From the NCBI GenBank assembly GCA_050084985.1, contig JBITNC010000001.1, forward strand, positions 159,898,001 through 159,962,000: a stretch of 64,000 nt of DNA, read 5' to 3'. Each line of letters opens with the position of its first letter. Within the stretch, counting starts at the first letter, position 1. Origin of the DNA: Nageia nagi. Lineage: Eukaryota; Plantae; Pinophyta. This document shows, piece after piece, positions 59,170-64,000 of this stretch. A model generated the notes under the pieces. That model did not search any database. It was not told where the DNA came from and saw only the letters and a program-made list of their open reading frames with translations. Made by a program: the position numbers and the translations under genes.

Positions 59170-62100
59170 TCAAAGTGGCTGATTTGCATATTGGATGTGT
59201 GATGCTATAATTGCCTCGAAGTTGGATCCCATGAAGGTTTCTATGTTTTTGATTCCTATGTTGAGAACTTCCATTATGCCTTCATTCGCCAACAAGTATG
59301 CAATAATGGTCTTTGAAGTCTTCTTCATCTCACTGCACCATACCGCCATATGGATGCCATACTTGATCTGTTTTCTAGATTTCACGATATTGATGTCCTC
59401 AATCTCAAGGAAGTTCTTAATCATCAGCTGGACTTCATTCATCACTGTACCGTAGTCCCTGTTGCACCCATCTTCCTCGATCAACTTAAGATCAAACTAC
59501 TATTCTGCTAGCTGTCTTTTGAAATTTGCCCGGATTTGAATGAAATACTGACAATTTGTTATATCATAAAACAGCCAATCATACTGATAGAAGAATTGAT
59601 GGCAATATTCCAGTAGTATTGACATGCCAACAATCTTTCTTCTTAGGTCATGCATCACTAGATAACTATTGCCCCACCTAGTGGTCAGTTCATGGATCTT
59701 GCCCTGTATGGTGAATGATTTGTTCTCTTCAATGAAAAAAATAGTTATTCCTAGGAATAACTCTTGGATGGCTTCTTTCGTATCCCTTATCCATTCTTCT
59801 TTGACCACTTGAATCCCTATATTCAAGGAAATTCGCTTTCTAATGTCTTCAACTGTCAAATTAGTAGCTTGGATATCTGCTATCAACTTCTTTTATCCAT
59901 CCAATTCGCTCTCTAGCTCCCTTAGCTCTACCTTTTGTGTAGTAATCTCGTCTGTTAATGCCATAGCATTCGTGACTATCGCATGTTGTCTACCCATAGA
60001 CTCGATCTTTTTGCATGGCTCTTTCTTTGTATCCACCACTAAAGCAAGGTCCCCATTGGCATTCCATTTTCTCCCTACAGCAACTGTATCTGTGACGATG
60101 GAATGATCCTTCATTGAAACGTATGTGGCTATATGCTCAAATTCAACACATGAATCATGATTGTTATCAATGTTGGCATGGGTTTCAAATGGGTGATATG
60201 CTCTTAAATTGTTTAAGAGAGCCTTCATGTCGAAATTATAACCAAGCTTAGGATTACCAATTGTGGCCACCTGTCTCTTAGGATTCCCTTGGTGTCCCAC
60301 CTCTTTCCTCTTCTTTCTCTGATCTTCATCTTCACCTTCATCCTCTTTGTTTCCTCCATCTCTTCCTGATGAGGAAGCTATTTCCTTGGACATTGGAGTC
60401 CTTCATGGAGCACTTGGTGGAGGTGTTCTCTGAGTGGGAGGTGTCTTCTTTCGTTGTTGAGGTGTGGAAGCTCTTGTGGAAGTAGGTCTTGCTACTTGTA
60501 TAGGCACTTCCACCATGAGAGGATTTATGACCAATCTCTCTTTGACTGAATCTAATCCGTCGTCTGACCTATAAGGTATTTCTAATAACTAGTCATTCTC
60601 ACCTAAGGGGTCTTCATCATCATGAGCAACTTCATACTCATCTTCACTGTCACTGGAAGGAGGAGAGGCAGGAGAACTAGGGCCAGAATGATGTAATTGC
60701 CCATCTTGGTATGGACCATTGGCGGCAACTTCCACCAGCTTCTTTAAGCGTTTGTATGGGTGTGAAGTGCCATCGGATTCTTTTGTGCTTTTGATCTCCT
60801 GTGATAATCCTTGTACTGTCTGGTCAATACTTTGTCCTGGTTGAACAATGAGAGTACCATATTTGACCAAATTGCCCCTGTGTCAACCTTACGAAAGGTG
60901 AGATGGGTGGAGCTATTTACAGAATCGGAGGATTCTTCTTAATGATTATTGAAGGTACCCTAGCTTTAGCATTCTCTTCTTGTAGACCTCTCTTGTTCTT
61001 CTTTATCTTAGTTTGCAAAAGCTTCTCATCTACTGCCAAGTCCCTGTTTATTTCTTTGATATGTTCTATATCACAGACATTTCTATACCTTTCTAGCTTG
61101 TCTAGGGATTTGTGGGAATAGTCAATCTACCAAGTCTTTTTAAAGAATAAATTGATTATACCCCCAGGGTCATAGTATTCCACTACCTGCTCTACTGTGA
61201 AGTAGTAGTATGCCAACTCCATTTTCATCGTTTTGACTTGATGCCAAGAACTGCATTGGTACTCCCCTATCCTGATAGGGGTAGTTTACAAGTGGTAGCA
61301 CCCTTCTTGCACCATACTTTCTCGTGGAGATACAACAAGTGTCTACAAAATTCCATCAAGATGAATCGATCACTTGCGTAGCGAGGAAGTCTGTAAGGTG
61401 CTTCAATTGACCCATAGACCTTACTATATGTGGCATTCGTCTCCTCAAGTTAAAAATATGCATGTCCTCGAAAAGTTTGGATTGCTGCCTTCGAAATTCT
61501 AGTCATGTTGGTGGTTCCTTTTATTTCCATGTATATCCTGCATTCGAATCCATCATTCATCACTTTGAATTCGTCTCATTTGTTTTCTACCTAGAATCTG
61601 GGGTGACTCCACCATACTGGCGTCTCTAGATCATGTAAATATTTGGTATTTGCTATGGATGATTTTCTGTTTTTGCCATGTAGGAGCATAAATACCAAAT
61701 AAAAAGCTCATGTAAAATCTCTTGGTCTCCACAAGCTTGGATAACTGATTAGCCATGCAATTGTTGATCACCTTGCTCCATCTAATTCCTTTGCCTTTGC
61801 TAAACTTGTGTATGAAGCCTACAAACTCCTTCTAGAATCTTTGATCATTCTCTTGTCCAGTTATTCGGTATAGCATGCCAATAATGGTAGAGACTGTGGA
61901 ATAGAAGTTTGTTCTCTATAGTTGGCTTAAGGCCTTTGCCTTAAAATCTTTGCATTCGTAGACCAACCAATCTCTAATCAGATTTCTAGGCTTAGTCAGG
62001 CTATTGAAGAATTTGACGGAGTCAATCATGATGAAGATAATGCCTTCGTTGCTCCATGCAAATGCTTTCTCTATTCCCTCCACTGTAAAGTCTAGTATCT

Positions 62101-62447
62101 GGGTGCCTTCGGTGTCAAAGAGGGTTCTCTCCTTAGTGTTGCAATATCTAGCTACCTCAAGGCATAATTCAGGGTATGGAGTAGTGTATGGGATAATGGA
62201 GGCCTCAACAATCCTGGATTGAGTGAGTGTCGTTGAGCAGTTTTCCAAGTGGGATTTTAGTTATCTTCTCCAATTTCTTGACTGGGTCAATGTGTGCCCA
62301 ATCTGTATCATTGATCTGACTGAGGCCATCGACAAGCACGGACATAGGGAAAGGAGTCTTGTTTAGAAAATGGAGACTACAACCGGTTAGAAAACAGAGA
62401 GCAGTTTCTTTCTGTTTAACACCAAATTTCAGTTGCCAAGAAGCCAT
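59170..62447 (-). pseudogene. Degenerate ~1,090-codon accessory ORF of unknown function (conserved N-terminal domain, low-complexity linker, coiled-coil-like C-terminus)
   Basis: Chain of minus-strand ORFs with upper ends at 62447, 62248, 60870, 60393, 59886 and 59484. Homologous to 12634-14979. Followed by LTR-like DNA with CTATAAATAG (58927-58918). Confidence 0.75.
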
Positions 62448-62453
62448 GACACC

Positions 62454-64000
62454 TGGTTATCAGTTATAGAAGGGTTGGGGGTTACCTAACAACCTTCCTG
62501 ATCCAACTTGGGTTTAAGTTGGGTTAGTTTGTACCTATAAATAAGAGGCTTGAGTTGAGGCATGTATTATTGTAGTTTTGACAGCAATTGTGAAGTAGAT
62601 TGTGATTGTTGAGAGAGAGAGATTGTAGTGAGGTTTTGTTGTAACTCCAAAGTGAAGATTGTAGCAAGGTTATGCTGCTGGTTTGTTGCTTGGAGGACTT
62701 TGAAGAATGATATGCAAAAGGGTTGAAAGCTTCTCCGTGGATGTAGCCTACATTGGGTGAACCACGTTATCTCTTGTGTCTCTCTTTGTGTGATTGATGT
62801 TCATGGTTATTTGATTTCAGTAGTATGTTTTGAATGTTGTTTCTTTTGCTAAGGAGTAAGAGAATTACTGATGTTCTTGCTTATATAAACTTATTAAATC
62901 CTAACAAGTGGTATCAGAGCTTGTTGTTGTGTTGGGATTTTGTTGGTGAATCTTGTGTGTAGATTAGAAACCAGGAAGAGCACTATGGCAGAAGAAGGGA
63001 GGCTGAAGGTGGAAAGATTTAATGGCAAGGTTTTCAGTTTTGGAAAATGCAAATGGAAGACTACCTCTACCAAAAGGATCTCTATCAACCTCTAGAAGAT
63101 AAGAGTAAGAAACCCACTTCTATGAGTGATGAAGAATGGAACTTGTTGGATAGAAAGGCTTTGGGAGCTGTAAGACTTTGTTTAAGTTCTAGTGTAGCTT
63201 TCAATATTTCCAATGAAAAAACTACTAAAGGTGTAATGGATAAGCTTGCTAAAATGTATGAAAAACCATCTGCCTCAAACAAAGTATACTTAATGAAGAA
63301 ATTGTTTAACATGAAGATGAATGAAGGTAGTTCAGTTCAAGACCATGTTAATGAATTTAACACAGTCACAAATCAATTAACTTCAGTAAAAATAGAATTT
63401 GAAGATGAAGTAAGAGCTTTGTTAATTCTATGTTCACTTCCAGATAGTTGGAATAGCTTTGTTATGGCTGTTAGTAATTCTTCTTCTAATGCAAAATTGG
63501 TCTTTGATGAAGTTGTTGGAACAATTCTTAGTGAGGACATGAGGAGAAAGTCCACGGGAGAATGCTCCAATGCTGCTCTCACAGTAGAGGCAAGAGGAAG
63601 ATCAAAGGAAAGAAGGAGAAGCAAGTCAAGAAGCAAATCGCAAGGAAGGTCAAAATCAAAAGGTAAAACTAAATGGGAATGTTGGCATTGTGGTAAAAAG
63701 GGTCACATTAAAAGGGATTGTTGGAATAGAAAAGGAAAAGAGAGTGAAAGTAGTAATTATAATAATGAAAGCACAAGTAACCAAGAGGCAAATATTGTTG
63801 GTGAATTAATTCAAGATGCTTTAATCATGTCTAATGAAAAGAATGATGATTATTGGGTTCTTGATTCGGGTGCTTCATATCATGCTACTCCACATAAGAA
63901 CTATTTTTCAAATTACACACATGGTGACTTTGGCCAAGTATTATTAGGTAATGAACACCCATGCAAGATTGTTGGTATTGGCAATATAACAATGAAATTA
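62454..64000 (+). mobile_element. Tnt1/Tork-like Ty1/copia element: 5' LTR (start uncertain) to 62906, PBS 62909-62920; runs out of the window
   Basis: ...TCCTAACA ag TGGTATCAGAGC, followed by gag. Confidence 0.92.
62985..64000 (+). pseudogene. Copia gag-protease, one frameshift near 63030, otherwise open to the window end
   Basis: MAEEGRLKVERFNGK / FQFWKMQMEDYLYQKDL...MYEKPSASNKV...LPDSW...CWHCGKKGHIKRDC...WVLDSGASYH. Confidence 0.92.

Overview
Repeat-dominated plant nuclear DNA. The huge introns, nested LTR elements and CpG depletion suggest a large-genome lineage such as a gymnosperm (inference). The only host coding sequence found is two small minus-strand exons of starch synthase III (51298-51189 and 29127-29022), which the ORF track misses. 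They are separated by a 22,061-bp intron, and the neighbouring exons are not in the window. Almost everything else is nested transposons: a gag/protease-less Ty3/gypsy chromovirus inside a related non-autonomous element; a full-length degenerate Ty1/copia inside an RTE/RTEX-like LINE; a non-autonomous hAT carrying a probable solo LTR; an L1 fragment; a Tnt1-like copia at the right edge; and two copies of an unidentified accessory ORF. The most interesting signal is a set of chromovirus-derived non-autonomous LTR elements (E1, A, B, C). They share RNA-level cis motifs: an extended tRNA-iMet-complementary PBS, a 3' 'WDPG' box that is also tRNA-iMet-complementary, and a pre-PPT hairpin. Each carries a different long, mostly open cargo ORF, one with decayed PPR-like motifs. 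All translations, alignments and boundaries were read by eye; no database searches were run.
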